Shown here: positions 44,745 through 52,772 of the stretch, piece after piece
Layout of the letters: each line of letters opens with the position of its first letter
How positions within the stretch are numbered: position 1 is the stretch's first letter
NCBI GenBank assembly: GCA_902761635.1
Contig: CACWLG010000005.1
Span: 24,819-88,818 of the forward strand
DNA from: Oscillospiraceae bacterium
GTDB taxonomy: Bacteria > Bacillota > Clostridia > Oscillospirales > Oscillospiraceae
DNA length: 64,000 nt
Direction: 5' to 3'
Position numbers and translations under genes: made by a program
Notes under the pieces: generated by a model
Databases searched by the model: none
Told to the model about the DNA's origin: nothing
Seen by the model: the letters and a program-made list of their open reading frames with translations, nothing else

Positions 44745-47021
44745 GTGATGAAGATGCGAAAAAACCGGACAAAGATGGGCTTCACATTGGCTGAAGTCTT
44801 GATAGTGATTGCAATAATCGGCATTTTGGGCGGCATGGTTGCGGTCAATGTGGCACGGTATTTCCGGTCTTTAACAAAGCTGGAATATGACAATTATGCC
44901 AAATCCATATTTGTCGCCGCGCAGAACCACCTGATCATGGCCGAGCATGAGGGGTACTTGGGCCGGACCGATTTCGGTACGAAGGAAGAAGCCATTTCCG
45001 GCATTCCCGACAGCGGCAATGAGGTCTACTATTTTGTCGTTCAGAACGGCAATATCGGCGATACGACGGTGCTGAGCCTGATCCTTCCGGACAATGCGGT
45101 CGATGCCGCCGTTCAGAGCCAGAGCTATATCATCCGCTATCACAAACCGACAGCCCAGGTGCTCGATGTTTTTTACTGGTCTGAAGGCGGACGCGACGGG
45201 GACCTGTTCAATCGCGCGTCACGCTATAAGCATTCCTACAGCGACAGCGATTATGCAGCCTTTCTCAGCAATCGAAGCGACAAAGAAGCACTCACGGATT
45301 ATGGAACAGATCATTCCGTTATCGGCTACTATGGCGGCGTTGAAGCCCAGAGTAAAAGCCCGGTTAAGGTCAAGGACCCGTCGCTTGTCGTACATAATGA
45401 GGAAGTCCTTTTCGTCAGGATCACCGATCCGAATGCAGATATTGAAACCTCTTTGCTGGAGCTTATTATCAAAGGGAATACCAGCGGCGGAGATCCTTTG
45501 CATATTTTTATCGATGAGAAGAATGACAACCCCTTCTTCAGCAGAATCAAACCGAGGCGGGATCTCAGCAGTGACTGGAATAAAGAGCATGTGTATGACA
45601 TCATTCTGGATGATATAACGACTTCAGGTCTGCATTTTTCGAATCTGAGCGCTGGCTTCCATCCCGGTGAGGATATCACGATTTATGCGGCAAGCTCCAA
45701 CAGTGAGCCCTCTAATGTGGGTTACAGCGCGGAGGCTGTTACAAACAGTCTGTTTGAAGACAATACCACAGTGAAGACAGCCACGGTTGACGCAGGCATC
45801 ACGAATTTCCGGCATCTCGAAAACATGAGCCCTGCGGTTTCCGGCATTGCTGACAGCACGACGAATACGGCAAAGCCCGTCTATTTGCAAAGCGCGAAAC
45901 AGCAGGCCAATCTGGATTGGAATACGTTTCGGGGCAAAGTCAATACCCTTTGGAGTGCATGGAAGGATACCCGGGACCATGTGAATATCTTCAACAATGC
46001 CGGGACAAAGATGAAGGACAATCAGTATCTGCCGGTTGACCCGGTTGTGAAGCTCTCGTACAATGGACAGAGTCACAGCATTAAGAATGTCAGCGTTGAC
46101 CACAGCGATTCTGCCGGCCTCTTTGGCAGACTTTCTGAAGGCAGCAGCGTATCCAACCTGGAGCTGATCGACTTTACAATCAAAGGTACGGCAAACGCAA
46201 ACGCAGGCGCACTGGCGGGTACTGTGACCAACTGCACGGTCACAAACGTCCTGGCACATAACAGTAAATCCGGTGCAACGGTTAATGTTACCGCCTCCGG
46301 CAGCGTCGGCGGCCTGATCGGCAGCATGAGCGGCGGCAGCGTCACAAAGAGCGCCGCAGCCCTCTGGGTAGAGTCATCCGGCAGCAGCGCCGGCGGCCTG
46401 ATCGGCAGCATGTCCGGCAGCACCAGCACCGTCTCCGCAAGCTATGCGGGCGGTCACACGGAGAATGCAAAGTATTCTGCATCGAAGTTTAACGTCACCG
46501 GCACGACCGCCGGCGGTCTGATCGGCAGCATGACAGGCGGGTCTGTGAGCGGCAGCTATTCCACCTGCTCGGCCTCCGGCACGACGGCGGGCGGCTTTGC
46601 GGGCAGCGGCAGCGGCAGCATCAGCAACTGCTACTGCACGGGCCTCGTCTCCGGTACAACAAGCGGCGCCTTTGCCGGATCGCTTACAACGAATCCGACC
46701 GACTGTCAGTATTTCGAGATCATCAATCAGGTTCCGGACGCCAGTCAGGGTTATGTCTGCCTGTCCTCCGTCGGCAGGGGAGCGAGCAACCCAGGCATTA
46801 CAGCCTTTGATGCAACAGCGAAAACATATGATGACTTTTGCGGAGCCTCCAATAGTTGGGATCCTGCCAACCCTTACGATACCACATTGAAAGGCTACTA
46901 TAACGGCAAGTACAACCTCAAAACCGTGGCGCAGCTTGGCGCATCGGTGAACACAACTGATTTCGTCACCACCCACTACGGCGACTGGCCCGCGCCGGAA
47001 GCCTTTGTAGTCAACAAGTAA
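44745..47021 (+). CDS. 758-aa modular pilin ('mega-pilin') with C-terminal GLUG-type repeats
   Basis: The leader is ..KNRTKMG/FTLAEVLIVIAIIGILGGMV. Candidate starts are GTG 44745, ATG 44748 and ATG 44754. Repeats of (A/V)GGLIGSM.GG.V, plus ISNCYCTGLVSG, lie at about 46110-46700. Confidence 0.8.
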   Translation: MMKMRKNRTKMGFTLAEVLIVIAIIGILGGMVAVNVARYFRSLTKLEYDNYAKSIFVAAQNHLIMAEHEGYLGRTDFGTKEEAISGIPDSGNEVYYFVVQNGNIGDTTVLSLILPDNAVDAAVQSQSYIIRYHKPTAQVLDVFYWSEGGRDGDLFNRASRYKHSYSDSDYAAFLSNRSDKEALTDYGTDHSVIGYYGGVEAQSKSPVKVKDPSLVVHNEEVLFVRITDPNADIETSLLELIIKGNTSGGDPLHIFIDEKNDNPFFSRIKPRRDLSSDWNKEHVYDIILDDITTSGLHFSNLSAGFHPGEDITIYAASSNSEPSNVGYSAEAVTNSLFEDNTTVKTATVDAGITNFRHLENMSPAVSGIADSTTNTAKPVYLQSAKQQANLDWNTFRGKVNTLWSAWKDTRDHVNIFNNAGTKMKDNQYLPVDPVVKLSYNGQSHSIKNVSVDHSDSAGLFGRLSEGSSVSNLELIDFTIKGTANANAGALAGTVTNCTVTNVLAHNSKSGATVNVTASGSVGGLIGSMSGGSVTKSAAALWVESSGSSAGGLIGSMSGSTSTVSASYAGGHTENAKYSASKFNVTGTTAGGLIGSMTGGSVSGSYSTCSASGTTAGGFAGSGSGSISNCYCTGLVSGTTSGAFAGSLTTNPTDCQYFEIINQVPDASQGYVCLSSVGRGASNPGITAFDATAKTYDDFCGASNSWDPANPYDTTLKGYYNGKYNLKTVAQLGASVNTTDFVTTHYGDWPAPEAFVVNK

Positions 47022-47043
47022 GCACACAGCAAAACACAGGCAG

Positions 47044-47068
47044 CCCCGGCCCCGAGAAGGGGCCGGGG
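47044..47068 (+). terminator. GC hairpin after the mega-pilin gene (weak T-tract)
   Basis: CCCCGGCCCC / GGGGCCGGGG form a 10-bp stem with a GAGAA loop. Confidence 0.4.
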
Positions 47069-47107
47069 TGTTGCAATGGCTTATACAGAAAAAGATGACA
47101 AAATGTA

Positions 47108-47136
47108 AACAAAACTCTTGCACAAGAGAATCACCT
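47108..47136 (+). promoter_or_regulatory. Sigma-A-type promoter of the pilin-like gene/pilD/pilMNO unit
   Basis: TTGCAC-17 nt-TAAAAT with a TGn extended -10 element. Confidence 0.5.
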
Positions 47137-47194
47137 GTGATAAAATGACTATGGAATTTTATGACGTTGCACATGCTGTGCAAAAGGGTCAACT

Positions 47195-47956
47195 ATGAAA
47201 GCACCACAAGGGTCAAAACTGCATAGTGAGCGGGGAATATCCTGGGTCATCGCCGTATTGCTGGTTCTGGTGATCGTGCTTGCCATCACAAGTCTGATCC
47301 CCAGCTATAGAAAATACCAGGAACAGGGCAAAGAAGTGGCCTGCGCCACGGCGCTGGATACGGCGCGGCGGCAGCTTGCGGCTAATTTCATGTTCAACGG
47401 GTTTGATAACGACTCTGCCGAGGAGGCCAAAGCCTTTGTCACCTATGTCATGAACGGCTGGGACGATCTCTGTCCCGCCGGCGGCAGCGTCTATGTCGTC
47501 CCAAAAGCGAACAGCCCCATGGACTGGGAAATCATCTGCGGCCTGCACTGCTCGGACAGTCGGCTCTGCACCCGCCTCAATGCCTACAACGTGCGCAGTC
47601 AGCTCCAGGAGGCATTGCTCAAGGAGCGCAACAAGGGCAATCCCTTCCCCGAGAGCCTGCCCTACACCCTGCACAGCAAGCCGCATACCGCCTGGCTTAC
47701 GGATGCGGATGTCGGACTCAAGCGCGGCACAAGGCTGACGGAGGGGCAGGAGGGCATTGTCGCCTATTATTCTGTGGTGGGCCACAGTGATTTCGGCGCG
47801 GACTCCGGCATGAAGAAAGGGGAAATGTGGTATTTCACCTTTGCCGATGAGGAACACTGCGCCAACTGGAGCTATCACGACGAATGGACCGGAGACAGCT
47901 ACTGGAATGTGACGGGTACGGATTATGAGTATCTGTCCGACATGGTCATTCAGTAA
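47195..47956 (+). CDS. Pilin-like protein with a degenerate leader (no Glu5)
   Basis: 253 aa. ..SERG/ISWVIAVLLVLVIVLAITSLIPSYRKYQEQGKEVACATAL resembles a pilin alpha-1 helix, including the IPxYxxY segment. Confidence 0.5.
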   Translation: MKAPQGSKLHSERGISWVIAVLLVLVIVLAITSLIPSYRKYQEQGKEVACATALDTARRQLAANFMFNGFDNDSAEEAKAFVTYVMNGWDDLCPAGGSVYVVPKANSPMDWEIICGLHCSDSRLCTRLNAYNVRSQLQEALLKERNKGNPFPESLPYTLHSKPHTAWLTDADVGLKRGTRLTEGQEGIVAYYSVVGHSDFGADSGMKKGEMWYFTFADEEHCANWSYHDEWTGDSYWNVTGTDYEYLSDMVIQ

Positions 47957-47990
47957 ACCCGGGCAAGTGCCTTTGGAGGGGGAATACACA

Positions 47991-48788
47991 ATGTCCATAT
48001 GGAGCGACAGGGGCCTGCTGATTTACTGCTGCGTCATGGCCTTCTGCGTGGGCGCGGTGTTCGGCTCCTTCCTCAACTGTGCCGCCTGGCGCATCGCCCA
48101 CGGGGAATCCTTCCTCGGCGGGCACAGCCGCTGTCCGCACTGCGGGCATGAGCTTGGCATGCTTGATCTGGTGCCGATCCTGAGCTGGCTGTTCCTGCGC
48201 GGGCGCTGCCGCTACTGCGGTGAAAGGATCTCCGTGCGCTATCCGCTGACGGAGCTTGCCTTTGCCGTGCTGACGCTGCTGTGTCTGCTGCGCTTTGACC
48301 TCACGATCCTCTGCCTGCGCAACTGGATCTTTCTCGCCTGCCTCTTCTGCCTTTCGCTGGTGGATCTGGAGTGCTATACGATCCCGGACGGCTGCCTGCT
48401 GGTTGCGGCGGGCGCCTGGGTCGCGGCCCTGCCATTCCTGCGGCCCGGCTGGGCGGAGATCACACGCTCGGTCCTGGCAGGCCTGAGCTTCGGCGGCGGC
48501 ATCCTGCTCATGAGCGTCGTGATGGATAAACTCCTGGGCAAGGAGAGCCTCGGCGGCGGAGACGTGAAGCTCTTTGCTGTGGTCGGGCTCTATCTCGGCT
48601 TTGCGGGCGGCCTGTTTACGGTGCTGCTCTCGTGCGTGCTGGGGCTTCTCTTTGCCCTGGCGCAGGCGCAGCGGGGCAGAGCCGGCCAGCCCATCCCCTT
48701 TGGGCCCTCCATCTCCCTGGCCGCAGCGCTGATGCTGCTGTTCGGGCAGGGCATCATACAGTGGTATACCGGCCTTCTTGGCCTTTAA
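47991..48788 (+). CDS. pilD: Prepilin peptidase (A24 family)
   Basis: The ATG at 47991 follows GGAGGGGG. Contains the zinc-binding motif CPHCGH..CRYCGE, GGGDVKLF (catalytic Asp), and multiple TM segments. Confidence 0.9.
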   Translation: MSIWSDRGLLIYCCVMAFCVGAVFGSFLNCAAWRIAHGESFLGGHSRCPHCGHELGMLDLVPILSWLFLRGRCRYCGERISVRYPLTELAFAVLTLLCLLRFDLTILCLRNWIFLACLFCLSLVDLECYTIPDGCLLVAAGAWVAALPFLRPGWAEITRSVLAGLSFGGGILLMSVVMDKLLGKESLGGGDVKLFAVVGLYLGFAGGLFTVLLSCVLGLLFALAQAQRGRAGQPIPFGPSISLAAALMLLFGQGIIQWYTGLLGL

Positions 48789-48871
48789 CAGTTTTTTGAA
48801 CACGGCAGGAAGCCGCATTGCGGGCGCCTGACAAGATACCCTATTCGGAAAAAGGAAGCTTGGTGAAGAGT

Positions 48872-49894
48872 ATGGCAAAAACCATTTTAGGTGTGGATTT
48901 CGGCTATGACAGCCTGAAGCTGGCATTGGTCAGCGGCAAGCAGGTACGCAAGACTGCCGTGATACCCATGCCGAACAATCTGATTCGCGAGGGTCGCATC
49001 ATCTCTTCCGAGACTATGGGCGAGCTGATTCGCAAAACGATGAAGGAGCATGGCATCCGCTGCGGACAAGCGGCGGTGGCCCTGGCAAACGAGACGGTCT
49101 TTATCCGCAGCGTGACCATGCCGCTGATGACAATCGACCAGCTCAACTATAACCTGCCCTTCGAGTTTCGCGATTACATCACCGATGAGATGAAGGACTA
49201 CCTCTTTGACTATGCGGTGGTCTCCACCTCCGAAAAGGACCCCGACAGTGAGGGAGAGAACGAAGCGGACAGCAGCGGCCCGGTGATGGAACTCATGGCG
49301 GTTGCGGCCCCAAAATCCCTGATCGAGGAGACGCGGGAGTCCCTGCACCGCGCAGGCCTGAAGCTCATCAAGGCGGCGCCCACGGTGTGTGCCTACCAGG
49401 CGCTGATCCGGGCGATCGGCGGCTCGGAAGGGGAGACGCCGCAGGAGTACTGCATCCTCGACCTGGGCTTCCAGGCCATCCGTATGTACATGTTCCGCGG
49501 CGACCGGCACATGGTCACCCGCGTACTGGAGCTCGGCATGAACAGCCTGGACCAGGTCATTGCGGAGGCCTACTCCGTCGACGTCCACCTTGCTCATACC
49601 TATCTGCTGAACAACTATGAGGACTGCCAGAGAAAGGACTATTGCATGAACGCCTACGGCACCATCACGGTGGAGCTGATGCGGGCGCTGAATTTCTATC
49701 GCTTTTCCAACCCTGACAGCCACCTGGAGGATATCTGGATCTGCGGCGGCGGGGCCTGCATCAAGCCGCTGCAGCAGAGCATCGCCGAGACGCTGGATCT
49801 TCATATCCACACCGCGGGAGAGCTGCTTCCCAACGGGATCGCACTGGAGGATGATTATGAGCTGCTCCAGGCGATCGGCATTACAATGGATTGA
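48872..49894 (+). CDS. pilM: Type IV pilus assembly protein PilM (actin-like ATPase fold)
   Basis: MAKTILGVDFGYDSLKLALV.. and ..ILDLGFQAIRMYMF.. are actin-fold phosphate motifs. The position upstream of pilN/pilO fits. Confidence 0.8.
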   Translation: MAKTILGVDFGYDSLKLALVSGKQVRKTAVIPMPNNLIREGRIISSETMGELIRKTMKEHGIRCGQAAVALANETVFIRSVTMPLMTIDQLNYNLPFEFRDYITDEMKDYLFDYAVVSTSEKDPDSEGENEADSSGPVMELMAVAAPKSLIEETRESLHRAGLKLIKAAPTVCAYQALIRAIGGSEGETPQEYCILDLGFQAIRMYMFRGDRHMVTRVLELGMNSLDQVIAEAYSVDVHLAHTYLLNNYEDCQRKDYCMNAYGTITVELMRALNFYRFSNPDSHLEDIWICGGGACIKPLQQSIAETLDLHIHTAGELLPNGIALEDDYELLQAIGITMD

Positions 49895-49900
49895 TCGGGG

Positions 49901-50548
49901 GTGAAGGCTGTGGCTCTTGCCATCAATACAAAGAACAATAAAAAAAGCGGCGTCAAGTTCCGTCGGCAGATGCCCACCAAGCGTGTGATCAATCTGGCCA
50001 CCGTGGGCGAGAAGAAGACGCACTTCGGACTCGCGCTCCCGGGCATCATCCTGATCCTGATTGCCGCTGTCGTATTCAGTAAGTTCCTGGTCATCGACCG
50101 CTTTACCGAGGTCACAAACGCCCGGCGTCAGGTCTCCGAACTGCAGACCAGGCTGAACGAGGGCTATGCGGAGCTGGCGGACTTTGATGATCTCGCTGAG
50201 CTCTATGCCCACTACACCTATTCCGGCTTCACCAACGAAGAGCGCACGCGCACAGACCGCACGGAGGTGCTCAACCTGATCCGCAACATGATCCTGCCCT
50301 ATGCCGAGGTCAGCTCCTGGACGATCAGTGGAAACCAGCTCACCGTCGAGATGGTTGGCGACACCCTGCAGCAGATCAACCTCATCGTCCAGCAGCTTGA
50401 GCAGCAGGACTTGGTGGACTTCTGCACGGTGAACACAGCCAATACCGACGACAATACGCGCGGGAACAACAACGCCGCAGAGTTCAGCTTTGTTAAGGCA
50501 CGTGTCATCGCCTATCTCAATTCCGGGACGGAGGTGGACAGAAAATGA
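49901..50548 (+). CDS. pilN: PilN-like pilus assembly protein
   Basis: GTG start. 215 aa with a basic N-terminus, a single TM segment (LALPGIILILIAAVVF) and a coiled coil, as in PilN. Confidence 0.65.
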   Translation: MKAVALAINTKNNKKSGVKFRRQMPTKRVINLATVGEKKTHFGLALPGIILILIAAVVFSKFLVIDRFTEVTNARRQVSELQTRLNEGYAELADFDDLAELYAHYTYSGFTNEERTRTDRTEVLNLIRNMILPYAEVSSWTISGNQLTVEMVGDTLQQINLIVQQLEQQDLVDFCTVNTANTDDNTRGNNNAAEFSFVKARVIAYLNSGTEVDRK

Positions 50549-51141
50549 AAGCTTTCAGCCGAAGCTTTACGCTGAAGGAAAAAATCCTTCTGCTCCTGCT
50601 CAGCCTGGTCCTGATAGGCCTTGCCTATTATCAGTTCGTTGATCAGCCTGTGCGTTCAGCACTGGTGCAGGCCCAGGCCGAGGCGGACTCTCTGTCCATG
50701 GAGCTGACCGCTGTGAACGCCAAGCTTGCAACAATGCGCAGCATGCGTGCCGAGCTTGATGATGTCACCGCCGGCGGCAAAGCCTCTGAAATGGGCAGCT
50801 ACAACAACAGCAAGGCCGAGATCGCCATGCTGAACGATGTCCTGAGTGATGCGCTGCAATACTCCATCACCTTTGCCAATGTCACCCGCAGCGGGGATCA
50901 GATCCGCCGCAACTTCACGCTGCAGCTCACGGCGGACAGCTATGAGAGCATGGAACAAATCATCAATTCCATCAACGAAAGCCATTACCGCTGTCTGATC
51001 GGGGATCTGCATTGCAGCGCAGCCCGTGAAAAATACGTGCTTGACGGCAACATCGCTGTCGATGCAACTGCCACCTTCTATGAGACCATGGTGGGCGGAA
51101 CGCCTGACGCGGGCCTTCCCGAGAGCAGGCCGGCCGCCTGA
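50545..51141 (+). CDS. pilO: PilO-like pilus assembly protein
   Basis: 198 aa with a single TM segment (ILLLLLSLVLIGLAYY) followed by a coiled coil. The start overlaps the pilN stop. Confidence 0.65.
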   Translation: MKAFSRSFTLKEKILLLLLSLVLIGLAYYQFVDQPVRSALVQAQAEADSLSMELTAVNAKLATMRSMRAELDDVTAGGKASEMGSYNNSKAEIAMLNDVLSDALQYSITFANVTRSGDQIRRNFTLQLTADSYESMEQIINSINESHYRCLIGDLHCSAAREKYVLDGNIAVDATATFYETMVGGTPDAGLPESRPAA

Positions 51142-51165
51142 GCGCAAGAGACAGGTATAACACAA

Positions 51166-51203
51166 CGCCGCCGGATTCTTCCGGCGGCGATTATGTTTTG
51201 TTT
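51166..51203 (+). terminator. Rho-independent terminator after pilO
   Basis: CGCCGCCGGA / TCCGGCGGCG form a 10-bp stem with a 4-nt loop, followed by ATTATGTTTTGTTT. Confidence 0.7.
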
Positions 51204-51230
51204 GACAATGTCTGCGTTCCGTTATAGAAT
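51202..51230 (+). promoter_or_regulatory. Sigma-A-type promoter of the MBOAT operon
   Basis: TTGACA-17 nt-TAGAAT. It ends exactly where the track ORF begins, so a later start is needed. Confidence 0.55.
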
Positions 51231-51260
51231 TTGCTTATTCTGACCGAGGGAGAGAGCGTC

Positions 51261-52757
51261 TTGCTGTTTAACTCCGGAAAATATGTTATTTTCCTCCCCA
51301 TTGTCGTGTTGCTGTATTATTTGCTGCCCGCGAAGGCAAAAAAATACTGGCTTCTGGCGGCAAGCTATTATTTCTATATGTGCTGGAACGCAAAGTACGC
51401 GCTTTTGATCTTTGCCTCCACGCTCATCACCTGGCTCAGCGGCCTGGGGCTTGAGCGGGTGAAGGCGGGAGACTATGCGCCCGCGCAGCGGGAGAAGCTG
51501 AAAAAGTGGATCGTCGGGCTGAGCTTTGTCTCCAATCTTGGCATCCTGTTTTTTTTCAAGTACTTCAACTTCAGCGTGGGCCTGGTGCAGGCGCTGCTCA
51601 CGCAGCTGCATGTTCAGGTGCGTCTTCCGTCCGTCAACATCCTCCTGCCCGTGGGCATCTCCTTCTATACCTTCCAGGCTCTCGGCTATACCATGGATGT
51701 ATACCGGGAGCAGATCCCGGCCGAGCGGGACTTCTTCACCTACGCCCTCTTTGTCTCCTTCTTCCCGCAGCTTGTGGCCGGCCCGATCGAGCGCTCCGGA
51801 AATCTCCTGGGTCAGCTCTCGGTACTGCACAAATTCAGCTTTGACAACCTGCGGGAGGGGCTGCTCATCATGCTCTGGGGCTTCTTCCTGAAGCTCGTGA
51901 TCGCCGATCGTCTGGCTCTGTATATCGACACGGTTTACGGCGCGCGCTATCTCTATCCCGGCGCCTACCTGGCGCTGGCCGCCATCCTGTTCGCCATACA
52001 GATTTATTGCGATTTCTACGGTTATTCCACCATCGCCATGGGCAGCGCGAAGCTGCTGGGCATCGAACTGATGGAAAACTTCCGCTCGCCATTTCTCTCC
52101 ACCACGGTGGCGGAGTTCTGGCGCAATTGGCACGTCTCTCTCACCTCCTGGTTCAAGGACTATCTGTATATCCCCCTGGGCGGCAGCCGCAAGGGGATGC
52201 TCCGAAAGCAGCTCAACCGCATGATCGTCTTCCTGGTAAGCGGCCTGTGGCACGGGGCGGACCTGTCCTATGTGGTCTGGGGCGGCCTGAACGGACTGTA
52301 TCAGGTGATAGGGGAGCTGCTGATGCCGCTGCGCCTGAGGCTCTCGAGGCTCCTGCATATCGACCGCAGCTCTCTCGGGGTGAAGCTTGTGCAGATCCCG
52401 GTGACCTTCTGCCTCTTTGCCTTTTCCCTGATCTTTTTCCGCGCCGGCTCCGTGGGGGAGGCCATCGCCGTCATCGGCAGCATCCTCCATGTCCGAAACC
52501 CCTGGATCCTCTTTGACGGTTCCCTCTTTCTGCACGAGTATGACAGCGCCATGGTGCTGCCCATGACGCTCTTTATGGGGGCGCTGCTGCTTTCGGATAT
52601 CTGCAAGCAGCGGGGCATTGCCATTCGGAAGATCATTCTGCGCCAGGATGCCTGGTGCCGCTGGCTGGTCTTCGCTCTCTCCACCGCTGTTGTGCTGCTC
52701 TTCGGCGTGTGGGGCCCCAGCTTCAGCGAGGCAAACTTTATCTATTTTCAGTTTTAA
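51261..52757 (+). CDS. MBOAT family O-acyltransferase (AlgI/PatA/DltB-like)
   Basis: A TTG start at 51261 follows GAGGGAGAGAG and gives MLFNSGKYVIF.. . The His motif WRNWHVSLTSWFKDYLYIPLGG is present. Confidence 0.85.
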   Translation: MLFNSGKYVIFLPIVVLLYYLLPAKAKKYWLLAASYYFYMCWNAKYALLIFASTLITWLSGLGLERVKAGDYAPAQREKLKKWIVGLSFVSNLGILFFFKYFNFSVGLVQALLTQLHVQVRLPSVNILLPVGISFYTFQALGYTMDVYREQIPAERDFFTYALFVSFFPQLVAGPIERSGNLLGQLSVLHKFSFDNLREGLLIMLWGFFLKLVIADRLALYIDTVYGARYLYPGAYLALAAILFAIQIYCDFYGYSTIAMGSAKLLGIELMENFRSPFLSTTVAEFWRNWHVSLTSWFKDYLYIPLGGSRKGMLRKQLNRMIVFLVSGLWHGADLSYVVWGGLNGLYQVIGELLMPLRLRLSRLLHIDRSSLGVKLVQIPVTFCLFAFSLIFFRAGSVGEAIAVIGSILHVRNPWILFDGSLFLHEYDSAMVLPMTLFMGALLLSDICKQRGIAIRKIILRQDAWCRWLVFALSTAVVLLFGVWGPSFSEANFIYFQF

Positions 52758-52772
52758 GGACGGGCATGCCAG

